From assembly GCA_000708835.1 (NCBI GenBank), contig DF236982.1, positions 186,001 through 250,000 on the forward strand: 64,000 nt of DNA, written 5' to 3'. The notes beneath the pieces are model-generated. The model searched no databases. It worked only from the letters and a program-made list of their open reading frames with translations, and was not told the DNA's origin. The stretch is from Klebsormidium nitens (Eukaryota; Plantae; Klebsormidiophyceae). A program made the translations under genes and the position numbers. Below, piece by piece: positions 34,552 to 48,786 of the stretch (positions are counted from its first letter, which is position 1; each line of letters starts with the position of its first letter).

Positions 34552-37347
34552 CTGCGGACACGTGTCAGCGAGGTGTTGGTTCAGCGCTCTGCAGTCTGCT
34601 CGACTGAGGGCTTTTCTGAAACAGAGAAATGGTGGGGGCCAACAGACTGGTCAAGACTGAAGAAATACATGGTTCACTGAGCCAAATCATGGTATAGATT
34701 TTGGAGTTCACGGTAGAAACTCCCTGATTCTCCAGGCTAATCTTCTGAGGTTCCTCCGAGCGGTGCAAAGTTGCCTCCCGTGAAACTAGTCGTATACATG
34801 TTAGTGAAGCCGTTAGGAATACGAGAACCTAACATGGAGGACCTGGAAAAGCACGAACAATGTTTTAAGTATGTGAACAGACAATACTGTGACGAGGCTG
34901 AAGGAATATTTGGAGTTCAATTGTGAGGCTGGCAGTCAAAAGCAAAGAAACCTAGGGAAGACCCAGTTGAAATTCGCACATTCATCCAGACATGGAGATT
35001 GAGTCAGCAAAAGCTGTATGGCAAGATTTCATAGTGCTGCCACCACCAGCAAAAGTCTTCCGACTCCCTTTCAAAAAGCTCTGGTGGAAGAAAAAACTTT
35101 CGAGGAGCAAATTTTGCAAGTAGACTTCAAGGGGAGGAGGAGGAAAGGCAGAGGACTTCAAAGCTAGATAGTGTGGGAAACCAGCATATAATGCAATTCA
35201 GCGTTTCTTTTGTCAAACATCAAAAAAGCATTGTCAATTGTGCTGAGAGACCTTGCTTGCATTTGCACAAAAGATCATCGCTCTCCAATCCCCCAATTTC
35301 TCTCCATGGCTGCAAGTGCTCTCGAGAAAAGTCAACTGAAACTTTTTTCAATCAAAGCAAACGAGTGCAAACCTTCACGAAGTCCGGGTGAGGCTTCAGT
35401 GTGGTCCTCCATGTCATTCCCCACATGCCCTGCTTTTCTGGAGCTGGTCTCAAAGGGTTCTGGGCTCAGAGTTGCAGCAGTAGAGACGTTTGAAGTGTGT
35501 GAGCCCTTGTTCAGCTTCCTTGACCGGTGCACGTAATTTGGCCTTCGATTCACTTCAATGCTTGCACTCAATCTGTGCTGCACAAAACAGCTCTGCCGAG
35601 CAGGACGCTTCATCCATCTGCAATGATAGGGAATTTCGAGAAGAAGGCACTGATTGGTCAGCTTGCACATCGATGCAGACGCGTAATGAGGCTCATACCG
35701 TTTAGCTGTACCAGAAGGGACTCGAACTCGCTGAAGAGTACATGGTGAAAAGCAGAAAGGTGCTAGCTTTGATGAGCTCGTACAGACCGCCATGGCAGGT
35801 TGCTGGGCCCCCTCGTCCTTCGGCCTTCGTCCTTTGTCCAATTGCGAGACGTCTGATCAAAGAAGAGAAGCTGTTCTGCTCCCTTTGCCCTTTCCTTCAC
35901 GTATTTATGACACTATCTGAGCCTAAGTTCATCGACAGAAGGTGAGCGAGAAAGCGTTTCATTGTCAGCTTGCAGGCATCTGGTTTGTGGTTGGGCCCGC
36001 TGGCTTGCTGGTTCAGAAATTGTCCTGAAGAGGACTGTCCGCATACGCCAATCGGCTTCTCTTTTAGTCTCAGAACAGTCAGAACCAGGACTCCCGTGCG
36101 CCCCTACGTGAGCGGAAGGCCGGAAAAGTGTCCCGGTAGAGTCGACGGTCCCACCATTCCAGACCAACCGGCCAGGCTAAAGCCGCCATTGCCAGGGCCA
36201 GATCAGCTTAGGTTAAAACGGCAGCTGAGACGACCTTGAAGTCGGGCAGACTCAGTCGGCATGCAACCAGTCATTCGTCCGATCATCAGATCATCATGTC
36301 CGATCATCACGTCACCTCGAAAGAGCTTCAGACGAGTCTTCGACGTTCATCGCGCGGCTTTTGCAGAAGAGCTCAAAGCGACAAACCACAGGTCATGCGC
36401 AGCTAATTATTAAAAGTTACGGGTTACTGAGCTTTAAATTGCGTAGCATTTCAAAGAGGCGTCACTTCAGGTGAGGGAACGTTTTCAAGTTCGAAACAAA
36501 CCTCAAAGCCCCTCTCGAAGCTTTTGACCATATTCCGTCTTGAGACTCTAAGAAGTAGGCAACTGTGAGATCCGTCGGTGATAATTCGCTTTTGTCCATT
36601 TTCTTTAGCCATCTGGCTTTGAGCTCCTGATTTTCTCTGAGTCATTGCTATCACGAAAATATCTTTCAAGTGAGAGCCGAAGCTCGACTCAACGACTTGC
36701 TTCTTCTTGTTTCCAGATAGAAATCGACCAGAGAAAATCATGCACTTTTCGAAGCGAAGAGCTTGACTGTCGAGAGCTCCTTTTGCTAGCTTGTCGGCTT
36801 GGTCATGTATGAGCATGATGATGAGCTGGTAAGCACTGGAGCGGCTGGATCGAGCGGCCATCACAGGCACAGCTTAGGAAAGCGATGCAAGCTTAGAACC
36901 GTCCGTTTTGATACATACTTCGGAATCGACGGTCGATCGATGAGGAAGAATTTCAAGGTTGCGACCGCCGGTTGCTGAGGTGGCATGCGCTGCATGCTTC
37001 GGTGTCGGACTTATCGGCAAGGCTGGTGGCGCATTCTCACCATGTGCAACATTTCCCTTGAGACAAGCTATATAAACTCAGGTTTTGGGCAAGCTATGTA
37101 ACCATGTGAATAGGCACCACATGCTGTTCTTGGCGAAGGGCATCGTGCAGATTGGAGGCTAGCGTTTGGCATGGAGAGCATGCACTTCAGAGTCCAAGCA
37201 CGGTTCATTGATTTGAGAAGAGCGCCTCGCAGCAGAAGACATTGGCATTGGCAGTACGCGGAACCACCATTTGAATAACGCCATAAGGCAGCGGTCCACA
37301 GGCATTGCCTGAGATCTAAAAGGTTGACTGAGCAAGTGCAGTGGTTG

Positions 37348-40300
37348 ATGGCGGCATCTTCGGCCTGCTTTGCCGCGGGCGTCCATTTGGGGCCCCTCAA
37401 AGGACTTCAATGTCGGCAAAATGCTGATGCTGTTGCTGGCCCTCGAGAGGCTACTGCCCTGCCCTCGTGCTTTCTGGGGCAGAGGATAGACACGAGGGCC
37501 TTCAATGCAGAACCGAGTCTTAGGCAAAATGTGGGTAAGGTGCAAAGACGAGCGGGGGTGGTCAGGGCTGGGAAGACTAAGAAGAGCCGGGAGGACAGGG
37601 ACCCTAACTACCCCTGGCCTGAGGAGGTTAGCAAGGCGCAGGGGTTCCTGTCGTTCTTGTCAAAGTTCAAAGACTCGGATCCTGATCGCAAGATCTTAAA
37701 GCTGCCCTTTGAGAAGGAGCTGGATGAGATGGAGAAGAGTTATCTGGAGGTAAGGCCCGTAATAACTGAGACTTATTTGCTTCTTACGAACCTCGCAACT
37801 AATGTCGCAACTAACCTTAAGACTGGCCCTTGCAAATCTGAGAACCTCCGAGTGCCAGACAGGGACGCACCCTCTGCTGTGAGGCTGTCAGCACTGGGCA
37901 TTTCGCAGCCGGCATTTGAAATGTTGAGTTGGTGGCTATTGATTTGTAATACCTCTTTGACTCGCTTGGCTATCCAATTTAGATTTGCCTGAACCACCTT
38001 GCCTAAGCAAAACCATGGCACAGCCGAGCACACATCCTTTAACAGCAATTTTGCGGTGCACACACTCATGTTGGCATACATTGGAGTATTGGTGGGAGTG
38101 CCTCGGCACTGGTTAGGAGTTGGGAGAAACGCCAGAGGGTGGCTCTCTGCGCTGATGTCAAGTTATATTTGAGCAGGGTAGAGCGTACCTGGACACTACA
38201 AATGAAACTCAAGTAAGTGGATGTTTAGTAATCAGAGTTGACCCTCTTACTAATAGCGGTCCGGAAGCACAGCAATCAGGTTGTGGATCTTGTTAGGGGT
38301 TTGAACTGTTTCCATAAGCAAGTGGGTGCACTCAAACTAAAGTGAGTCCCAAAGATTGTCCAAGCTTGAGACTGACAGCACATTTTGGTCGTGGACACTG
38401 CCCTGATGTACATAAAGTCCTTTCTGACAGGCAGTGTCTTCTTTGGGAGAAGCAAAGTGTGGTGCATTCGATTTCTTGTGAAGAGTATCGCAAGGACTGC
38501 TGTCAAAAAATAAACTACAAATGCACCCTCTCGCTGTTCACTCTTACCTGCTAAGCTTTCTAGTACTGTGGAACAAGTCGGTGGTGCTTGGTTCCTTTCG
38601 TCTTGTCAATGTGCTCAAATTCCAGCTCGCCAAGCATGGCACTGAACCACTTTTGCTCATCAATCGACTGGAAGCTGCTGCTGCTGGAACATGCACCACT
38701 TCCACATTAGCTAGCCATTTTATTTTTATCATCGCGAATTCTGTGTTTCCTGTCGTTAAGAGCTTGACGGGCTTTCGGAGCTTGGTTTGGTTTCTTCTTT
38801 GAAACTGTCTGCGCGACAGATGTGCAGGGACTCTGATGCGAAATGAGATGCAGGCCGCATATTGCGCGGTCTTTTGTGGTCGTTGATGCTACTGGTCCAT
38901 ACACCCGACAAAGTTACTTTCCCGATTCCCCTTGGAAACCCTTTCATTTGGTGTAACTCCATGGACTCCTTTGTGCACCAAGTCTGCGTTGTTTTAGGCA
39001 TGCTGCTGTCCATTTTGACGACTGTGGTTCTGCTAGCTTGTTATGAATCTGCATATCATAAGGACTTATTTTGCAGTGGATATGTTGCCGAGCAGAGCCC
39101 CTTGCTGGTTATGTTCTGCTCGCCCCATCAGTTGAGCACTGCTTTGGTTTCCAGTCCCCGCTGTGTACAAAAGTATCCTCAATCATCTATTTTCAACACT
39201 TCGCAGAAGCTCGTTCTAGCTTTTGGCTGTGGTCCAATTTTCGCGTCTGAAGGCCTGCCCATACGTGGCTCTGATTGGTCGCTCCTAGCCTACCCGAAAA
39301 CAACTTTTGGTCGATCTCTGACGTGCAACACTTGGTGCAGATCAACGAGATGGCCAGGAGGACGGGGGAGATTGCAGATTTCCAAGCGGTACTGCGAACA
39401 ATGGAGGAGAAAATGCACAAGGTGACGCCCTTTTGAAGCATCGCCTTGATGTTCAAAAAGCGTCAGCGTTGTGGCCTGCGGGTGTCATGAACTGCATTGA
39501 ATCACAGCCAACTGATGGCGAAATCCGCAACATGCTTTTAGGGCTCCTTCTAGAAGGGGGCTCCTGCTTCTTATGGTTGTCCGGGCACCCCAGAAGTACG
39601 CGGGGGGACTTTTAGCAGGGTCTGCATAAAATGCAGCCTGTTTGCTGATGTCAGCTGACATCAGAACCTGCAGTCCCATCTCAGATTGTCCTTGCAATGG
39701 AATCTGGTTTCCAGCAGTGCCGACATGAGGGTTTCTAGAGCCCTTAACAACACAAAGGGTTTGGGAACTAACTCCTCGCTCACACCCTACGTTGCAGCTG
39801 CGGGTGAAGATCTACTCCAACTTGTCGCCGGTGCAGCGGTTGAGCGTCGCACGGCATCCAAACCGGCCGACGTTCCTGGACCATGTTTTGAACATCACTG
39901 ACAAGGTGGGTGCACCTTTCCATTTGACTAGGTTGTTGGAAATCCCAAAAGGACTACATCTAAGTCAGGCATGTATGGTGGTGACTCCCTTTTGGGAATG
40001 GCGCAGAACAAGCCAGGTGAATGCACGAGCTTGTCGGAAGTGCTAGGTCATTATTTGGAAGTGCACATAGACCATGACCTCAATGCTGGTTTGCCAAAGC
40101 TGGCATTTGATCCTGGATAGTAAGTGGTGGTCAATTCAAGCAATGCTGGACGCAAATGGTCCACATGTTATGGGGAGGAGAAGCGCAAGAAAGATCGCAT
40201 GCTGTTATCAATCTCCCATATTGCTAGGTCATCTTTGCACGCGTCATAGATCTAAGAATTGGGGCTTTGGAGAACTATTCACCAAAGAAAGGTCCTTTCC

Positions 40301-43300
40301 TAGTTTGCTCTATATCCGAAACAGCGGGTAAGGTTCTTCTCCTACTTAGCTCGTTGTGTTGTCACTCTCGTTTGGAAGGGGCAATTCAAGAATGTCAGAC
40401 AGTCCCTCCAATGATGAGAGTAACTTCAAATGCTCAAGTCAGTGTAATCATTGTTGGAATAGCAAGCAGAGGACAGACACGTAGTGTTCCCTGAAAGGTA
40501 AATTTGGATGCGAGGCTGGCAATTATGATATGTGCCCCCTACTGGAATCTGTATCTGCTCTGGAACTACAGCAGTCCACCAAATTCCTCTACCTGGTCGA
40601 CTTATGTTGGCTCTGAACTTGATCAGAGTCCCATTTAATCAACGCAGTGACCACCTGTCTGATCTGTATGTCCCCTGTGCGATGGAATAGTCTTGGCTGA
40701 GTTCCAATGCAACCAGAAACTCACAGCAACGACCCTTCGATGAAGTAATACGAGGGGCCGTCACGTAGGCAGGCAGTTGGTGGGGGCATTTGTGAGACGA
40801 AAAAGGAAAAGCTGGTTAATGAGAGAACAACTCTTTCTTCAGTGGGTTGAGTTGCACGGCGACCGGGGGGGCTACGACGACCCTGCGCTGGTGTGCGGTA
40901 TTGGGGAGATCGACGGCATGTCCTTTATGCTTATGGGGCATCAGAAGGGGCGCAACACCAAGGAGAATATTGCGCGTAACTTCGGCATGCCGACGCCGAA
41001 CGGGTAAGTTGCTGGATCATATCCGCGATCTGATAGTGTTTGATAACCGATCTTATCCATACCCCTTCCTTTATGAATGTAAGGTGCATCCAAGCTGTGC
41101 CATGAATGCTATACGAGTTTCGTTGCCTCTTCTGTACTAACTACTCTGACCCCCGGAGAGTCCTGAGTAGCGTTGGTCCCTTCTTTGCTGGTCTACACGG
41201 TGCGTTTCTTCTTTGAAGAACTTCAAGGACCTAGTACAAACACAAGTTTGCCACACTCTGATAAAGTCCGTTTGGGGCGGTTCTACTTGACACGTGCCAA
41301 CCTAAATGCTGCACAAACGCAGTACTGGTGATGCGTTCACCTCATTTCCAAAATTGGCAACCTCACTAGCTGTGCTTACGACCAGCCGCTACGAAGCAAA
41401 TGTCAGACAATTCGCAGCACGGAACTTTAGAGTGTGAGGACAAGTAGTTGAAATGCTTGTGTGCCTTCTTCGCTTCAGGTACCGAAAAGCGCTGCGGTTG
41501 ATGCGGCACGCGGAGCACCACGGCTTCCCCATCCTTACGTTCATTGACACCCCAGGGGCGTATGCGGGCGTCTCTGCGGAGGAGCTGGGTCAGGTAAGGG
41601 TTCGTTTCATGCACTAAATCTTGGCGCACCATCCGGAATACGCCTAGGAGTTGGCGCGATTGAGCGGACTCCAGAAGGCAGACGTTACCTACGGGACATG
41701 ATCAACCGTAGCATAATAGCTTTACTGATTGTTCAATCGAGCCTCACCTCCTAAACGGTCATAGAGGAAACGAGACTTTGCCACTACTTTTGAGGATGCC
41801 CCTCATAGCGCTACAGTATCATCTGACCACCCCCTCTGATAATTTCTCGACAAGGGTACTAAGCTTACCGTGCTCCCGTGTTCATTCCAGGGGGAGGCGA
41901 TTGCGCACAACTTGCGGGACATGTTTGGTCTGACGGTGCCGATCGTGACGACGGTCATTGGAGAGGGGGGTTCTGGGGGCGCGCTCGCGATCGGGTGCTG
42001 CGACCGCATGGTCATGATGGAGAACGCCGTCTACTACGTGGCGTCGCCCGAGGCGTGCGCGGCAATTCTGTGGAAGACGGCCAAGGCGGCACCCAAGGTG
42101 GGTTCTGAGGCGTTTGCGGGGATCCCGTCTTTGACGTGGCATCCTTTGGAGACAAGCCCGGCTTACCGGTGGTGAAAAGCCGGGGCAGCAGCCCGCTTAG
42201 GATCTCAGAGCAGTTGGGTTGGAGGATGTTTTGACTGTGAGTGTTCTTGGTTTTGCGCACGGTGGACACCGTCTAAACGCCTGGTATGACTAGAAGCACG
42301 TGGCCTTCCATTGGAGAGGGCACAATTCACGAAGCAATTTCCTTAGTAAGAGAGTCGGAGTAAGCAAATGAGGGTAAGAGTAGTTAGATACTGGATTGGA
42401 CGTGAAATCCGGTCCAGACCGGAGGTCGATTTGGAAGACGGTCAAAGGAGCGACCCAAACAGGTCGATGGGGCTTTCGGGGTTGTGGGGTTCTATACGTC
42501 TGCCGCAATTGCTCGATTGTAAGGAAGAGGGCTGTTGCCCCGTGGGATTCCCGGAGGCCAGCCCGGCTATCCTCCTAACAATCGCCAAGCCGGCCCCCAA
42601 AGTAGCAAGAGTCCTGGTTCTGGATATCTCATCGACGACAGATAAGCGTGCCGTCTATTGCGGCATTGCATCGAAGCAGGACTGTTCTCTGGATGCACAC
42701 AAGCTTCAAGCTATCAAATCCCATCATCCTTTTCGTACCGTTATTGCGATCTAAAAGAGTTCGGTTACCTTGCAGGCGACGGAGGCGCTTAAGATCACAG
42801 GCTATGAGTTGCAAGACCTGAACGTGGTGGATGAGGTTATCCGGGAGCCGATCGGGGGCGCTCACGCGGACCCCTACCAGGCGTCCATGAACGTCAAGGA
42901 AGTCATCATGCGCCACGTCAAGGTGAGGGCATTCCTGATTCAGGCCCGAAATTTGGTTTCTTCCAAGCAACTTGATCAGTGGCGTTGCCAGCACCCCAAG
43001 GACGGGCTTCCATAAACGTCAAGGAAGTCGTCATTGCGCCACGTTGAGTTAGGACACTGCGGTGTCCGTTCGAAATGCGAATTCTGGAGTCCGAATCCGG
43101 GTTTGATTTCCTCTAAGCAACTTGATCGGCGGCGGCGCCAGCGTTCCAAGGATGTACGGAAACAGTATAGGTCATGAGAATCGCTCGCTTCTTGTAGCCG
43201 TGTGAAACAACGGTCGTACAATATCTTCCCTTAGTTGCCTTTCCTGACGTAGTGAACATGCGCTTTGTTAGGGTCCTGGCTGAGCTGGAAGAGCAGGATA

Positions 43301-43851
43301 AAGACTTTAGAAGTCCTCCAACGCTGTTGCCACAGAAGCACGGGCCAATTTTGGATTGTTCAAGGCGCACAAGGCGTCATAATGTGAGCAGGCTAGTCAC
43401 TCGTATATCAGAGAGTCCCGTCGGCCGCGGAAACGATGCACAACAACCAGGTCGGTCTTTCCGTCTCCATGTCGATCCTGTTTCCGTTTTCATTTTTGAT
43501 TTGGTCAAGTCCACCCCCCAGCGACCTCGCACCTTAAGTCACCCCGGCTACCCGCTGACGTCATCTTCCGCATGGCCCTTGCAGGAGCTCCTGACGTACG
43601 ACGTGGCCACGTTGGAGTCGAAGCGGCTGAAAAAGTTCCGGTACATGGGCGCCGTGAACCCGGAGGGGGGCGCAAACAACGCGCGCTGGCACCGCAACAT
43701 GAAGCCGCGGGAGGCCCCCTCCATGGCGGACAAAGTGCCCCCCCTCGAGGAAGTGCCGTTGATCCTGGCAAACAAGATGCAAGAAAACGGGCGCGCGGCG
43801 CACTCGCCTACACCTGCGGAGGAGGTCGAGTTAACCTCTGCACGGAGTTAG
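37348..43851 (+). CDS. accA: Plastid acetyl-CoA carboxylase carboxyltransferase alpha subunit (CAC3). Exons 37348-37749, 39341-39421, 39798-39905, 40843-41003, 41479-41593, 41891-42097, 42776-42922, 43585-43851.
   Basis: Diagnostic motifs [76 protein letters not shown] and [10 protein letters not shown] are present. Junctions are GT-AG and in phase, and there is an N-terminal transit peptide. Confidence 0.96.
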
Positions 43852-45413
43852 GGTTTGATTGTAGCGCAACCTTACTAGAGCGACGGGCTGGATGCAATGT
43901 AATCAGTTCCTGCTTGGAGATTGGGGTCGTCAAGCTTTCCAGGGTTGAGGTTGGGTCAAGTAAGGACCTTGACTCGAATCCCGGAGGTTTAACGTGTGGT
44001 CTCGAAGTGGGGGGATCTTCTCTGCGGGGATGGTTCTGGCATCGGGACTCTCGTTCGTGTCATGGCGGACAGGGTGTCTGCAGAACGGGGTCGAGCTTTT
44101 GAATTCGGACAACGCACTTGACCACGGTCGGTTAGTGCTCTTATCAGCGGATTAGGCCAGGAGGTATTGGATCTCGGCCAAAAGGGTCGGGCTCCAAAGC
44201 GCTCAGCTGAGGCGTGTGCGGCTTTTGAAGATTTGTACATTTGCGTGCTCTTGTTTCACGTAAGACCATCGGGTTGTTTAGGCTGTCCTATAAGCGAGGG
44301 TGAAGGAACTAGTCAAGATTGTCAGCCAATGCATCTTGAAACTACAAGGGAGAAGAGGGCCAGCTGATTGTCGGCCCTAGCACGTCATTCTCTTCCCGAT
44401 GTCGGATCACGTTCTGCTGCATCTGGCATGATGCAAATGAATGACACGACACCCGCGATCATTTTGTGCGCAGTTGCGATGAACCATGACTGGCTTATCC
44501 ATCAAGATGGCATGGTCCTCAGGCTCTGGACGGCGCCTGAAGGCCACGTTCGTCTCGGTTGCCTATAGCTCAAATGAATCTAGACGAATGGTGATCATTG
44601 CCATCAATGTAACCATGCTGGCACCCTGCTCGAGCCTGGTTGCGAGTCCAATCAAAGTTACCATGATCATTCATGCTAGATGATTTTCAATGTCAATCAA
44701 TCCATTCCATATATATAACTTGTGCATGTGCGTCCAGTGACTGTCGATCGTGCCAATGCGCGCATGGATGGAAGACGGTCGCGCGCCCAAACTGCTTCAC
44801 CGGGCTCCAAATAGTCCCATGTGCAAGCACGTCGCAGCGAGTTGAATCGATCGAGTCCAAGCCTTGCCGTTGGCCGAGCATAGTGTTTAAGTCTCGTGGC
44901 AGATCTCGAAGGGTGGCCCCCGGGTACCGCCAGCACCATGAATCATGTATGACATATTATCGCAAGGGCAGTAATCGAACCGCCCCACCAAAAGGCAGGA
45001 GCGACAAACATTGTTGTGATCTGCATGCAATAATAGCATATAGCACTCGATCACTGAATAATGGCGCTGCCAGACGAAAAGAATTGCTGCATAATTGCGT
45101 CATGGCACGATGACTGCCCACGCAATACGCATTAGCCAGTCGCAGTCCTTGGCATGTAGCACGGGACATCCATACCAAATTGGACTCACGTAAGTACTGC
45201 AAAAGCCGTTGAGCCGGAACCCGGACTCCGGCTTTGCCGGACACCGAGCTCAGGCCACGGCCACTCCGCATATGATGTTCAATGCACTGGATTCGGGAAT
45301 TGGACCTTTCGGGCTGCCGATGAGCTCGTGCATTATATTCAGTGTTACAGATTTCAATGAATTCGTTACCTGGGAGGCCGATCGCAATGGCGCTGCGAAC
45401 AAACTACGCCATC

Positions 45414-48400
45414 CTAGTTGAGGGCCACTCGGCAGTGCTGTACCAGGTAACGAAAGTCGTCTTGCCCCATCTGCAGCAAAAAGAGAAGTCTTGGGCATAA
45501 GGAGCAAAAGGACTGCGGCCTCTGTTTGCACGAAGCGTCATGGCACGTTTTGGTGCAGCAAGCCACCGCCTCGCCTCCGCCACGTGCAGAACATCATTAC
45601 ATTGAAAAGCTACTGGAAACGTAAGCGTCTTTCCTGCTTCAGAACGAGTCAGAACCACGGATTGACGAGGCGAGTTGAGAGGTTATGCCACGGCTTCAAC
45701 AGCATTTTATCCTGCCGGCATGAAGCGGAGCACCTCATCTACCGAAAAGAACGACCGTGACGACTGGGCCAGCATTGATAAAGTTGAGGACTCACATCAA
45801 CGCATTGATTCGGGGTATGGAAACGGACTGCAGGATCAGTAGCTTCGCAAGACAGCAGCAAGGAAGCGGATACGAAGGAGAGCACATCATCCCTCCCCAG
45901 TGGTTTTCCGCTTAATACGTACGTGCGCAGAAATCCGCTCTCCGCATATCTGGCGGATTAATCGGAGCCTCGTAGGCATCTGCGTTTCGAACAACAAAGA
46001 AGCTCTCTAAGCAAACTGCACGATTCGAAGCTATTGGCGCATTTGCAGAAATGGAGATCTGCAGATTTACCAGTCCGTCATTGTCGGCGTCGAACATCCC
46101 GACCATGTCTTGGAGCTGCTCGTCGCTCCACGTGAAGTCGTGCGCTTCTGCCACGTGGCGCACATCGGCGACTGACAGCTGGCCACGACCTCGATCTGCA
46201 GGCGTGTTAAGAAACAAGACATATTCAAAAATCCCTCCTTAGAAACCGTTTGCAAGCTTATGCACTTCTGAATATTTTCATCCATCTAGGCGCCCCTTTA
46301 GCGCTGATCGGAAGCGTTGGACAATTGCCTGGACCTCTCAAGATACAACTCACCTTTTATCGCTTCTGAAACAAAGATTCGCGCACAGATCCGTATGGGT
46401 ATTTTGAGGATTGACCCGGTCCCTCCATGCCGCGTCGAGCACCAACGCTAGAACAAGTTCAAACTTTTGAAGTTTCGCTAGCAATGTTCCGCAAGTGATG
46501 CCAGTCAACTCCCCGTGAAAGCCTAAGCCTTTCAACCTTAGGTGCCAAGATAGACACCGCCGCTTGACGAGAACATGTACTTGGGCAAATACCACAAAGC
46601 AATCGCTCAATCGATAACGAGCAAACACTATCGAGTTTCTCGGCAGTCTGAGACACGCCTCCAAAACTTACCGTCAAACAAGTGGAATAGCGCATCAATC
46701 TCGTCCAAAGTCGGCGGCTGAGCAGCCACCTTCTTCCCCTGCACCACGAAAGACGGGGATTCGAGTTTCTCAATGAGAAGTTGAGACGACAACCAAGAAA
46801 TGGTCGCTACATCCGTGGTGAAGAAACTTCCTGAATGGGAAAGAGAGATCCTCGTAATGTTCGAGAGAGGCAAACATTGATCAGCAAAAGCCCGGACTTT
46901 TTCAAGCGAAGTGCCTTGCACTTTGAAAGCATACAAAGTGCAAGAGTGGCATGCTTGACCCGTTGACAATCTCTCAGGAATGTATGCGTCCAACCGGACC
47001 CAAAATTCTACAATGCCTCACCTTTTGCTTCCGCCCTTTCCCGCCCTTTCCCTCACTTTGCACAGCCTCCGTCGCGCCTCCTGACCCGTCCCTTAACCCG
47101 CCCGCTAAACCGGCCCCTCCCTGCTTGTCGCCCCCTAACCCGGCCCCTGCCTCAACTCGTGGGTCGTCTTGGCTCAGACCTCCGGAACTTGCACCGTTTT
47201 CTTTATAGCCACCGGCAGCACTGGTTTCGACCTTTGCCCCCATCCCTAGTTGTCCCGCACCTGCCCGGCCCCCGAATCCAGAATACGATTCCCGCGGTAC
47301 GGACCGCAGGGCACCCGTTTCTGCAGCGTGCAAAGCTTGGATCTCTCTGTGCTGCTCCTCGGTGCTCCAGAAGAAATCGGTCTGCGGCTGGGGGGCTTTT
47401 CTGCCCTTCCCCTTTGCGGTCTCTTTGTCTTCTGTCATTCCAGGAGCCGAAGTGCTGGGCTCGTTCTGGGTGATGTTGTTCGCGGGGGAGGTGCCAAGGT
47501 CTTGTCGGGATAGCGCTAAGGCCTGCGCGCAGCGAAAGAGTGTCAATGACCCAAACGGACACTGGATATAAACCAACAAACGCCTAATACAGCTGCAGGT
47601 TGATACTTGTAACCTACTCTACTGCACAGTCTTAAACGCGATCGTAAAAGTCTTCATCCAAACAGTGTTGCATCAAGTTGCACAATGTCCGTCTCAGACA
47701 TATGCCAACTTGGGGCTCTTGGGCCCCCCGAAAGCACTAAAATAGCTAGCTTGAGCAGACACAAAAGGCGTTCCAGTGACCTCAACAGATAAGAGAATGC
47801 TCACCATTTGCAGGTTCGTCTCATCTTCGTCTAATACTGGCCCAGCCATATTGATTGCCTGCTTTCTCTTTCTTGAGACTTTGGAGGCGCATTTGGAAGC
47901 GCTACTTTTCCTCCTCCGTTTCTGGCCCGTTCCCTAGCAATTAAGAAAAGAAGTTGGCGTCAGGCTCAATGTGCAACCAACTAGCTGGGCACAAGCATCA
48001 GCGACTGTCTCAACCTTTTATTCAAGAGCACACAACATCACTAAAATTCCAACATTCAAACAACGAACAAGAAATTCCTAGTCGGATGTGACCTGTAGAC
48101 CAGAATTTGAGGCAAGCTTCAGCTGGACATCTCGATGCTCGGGTTGATAGAGACCCAATGATGAAATGAGCGGACCTGGGCCAGAGAAAGCAGCATTGAA
48201 AGAGGCTTGGGGGGCCAAAAGGGAGAAACAGAACCCTGATTCCACCCCTCATACTTACATCCATCATACCACCACTCCCGGCGCAGTCCAACTCTCCCTC
48301 TGACACGTCTGCCGCCTCAGGTTCGCTTTCCAGCTCCCCTTGGCTCAGCTCATCGAGGTCCGGACGATAGTCGTCTTCGCTTGCTCCTCCATCTGAATCC

Positions 48401-48786
48401 CCTCCACTTGGACCCTCAGAATCTCTACCCAAACCTTCAAATTCTCGCAAACCTTCCTGTCTACCCTGCACACAACCCACTCCTTCCAGTTCCTGTCCCT
48501 CCAAAATCTCAACCCTTTGAATGCTGGCATCGTCATCCTGACCCGCATCGCTTGCACCGCTTTTTCTCAGCCTCGAAGACCTTCTGACCCCCCCTACGAT
48601 CGCCAAGCTTGCAACTCGTAACCTCTGCTCGGCTTCCTTTACACGCTCCTCCGCTAAGTCCTCTTCTTTCGAAACTACTTGCTCAAATTCTTGCGCCACC
48701 TGTTCGAGTCCCAAGCTCGCCAGCATTGCCTGGTTTTCAGCCAGGCGGGCCGCCCGCTGCTTCTCATACTCGGTAAGATCCTCCAT
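45414..48786 (-). CDS. Plant-type acidic/low-complexity protein with C-terminal EF-hands and a UIM-like motif. Exons about 48786-48259, 47935-47809, 47522-47022, 46738-46672, 46195-46071, 45470-45414(stop).
   Basis: N-terminal LTEYEKQRAARLAENQAMLASLGL; spliced DEDETNLQM|ALALS (UIM-like); C-terminal DEIDALFHLFD|DRGRGQLSVADVRHVAEAHDFTWSDEQLQDMVGMFDADNDGL|MGQDDFRYLVQHC (EF-hand pair). The phase of the exon 1/2 junction is not resolved. Confidence 0.78.

Noticed and set aside
35332-36200. First exon(s) of DUF3598-B
   Set aside because: The ATG near 36188 runs into a stop and the longer ORF lacks an ATG. No phase-consistent link to 34551 was found, so it is left unannotated.
45250-45531. ORF resembling a transit peptide of a separate gene
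   Set aside because: It overlaps, in another frame, the terminal exon (45470-45414) that completes the EF-hand protein.
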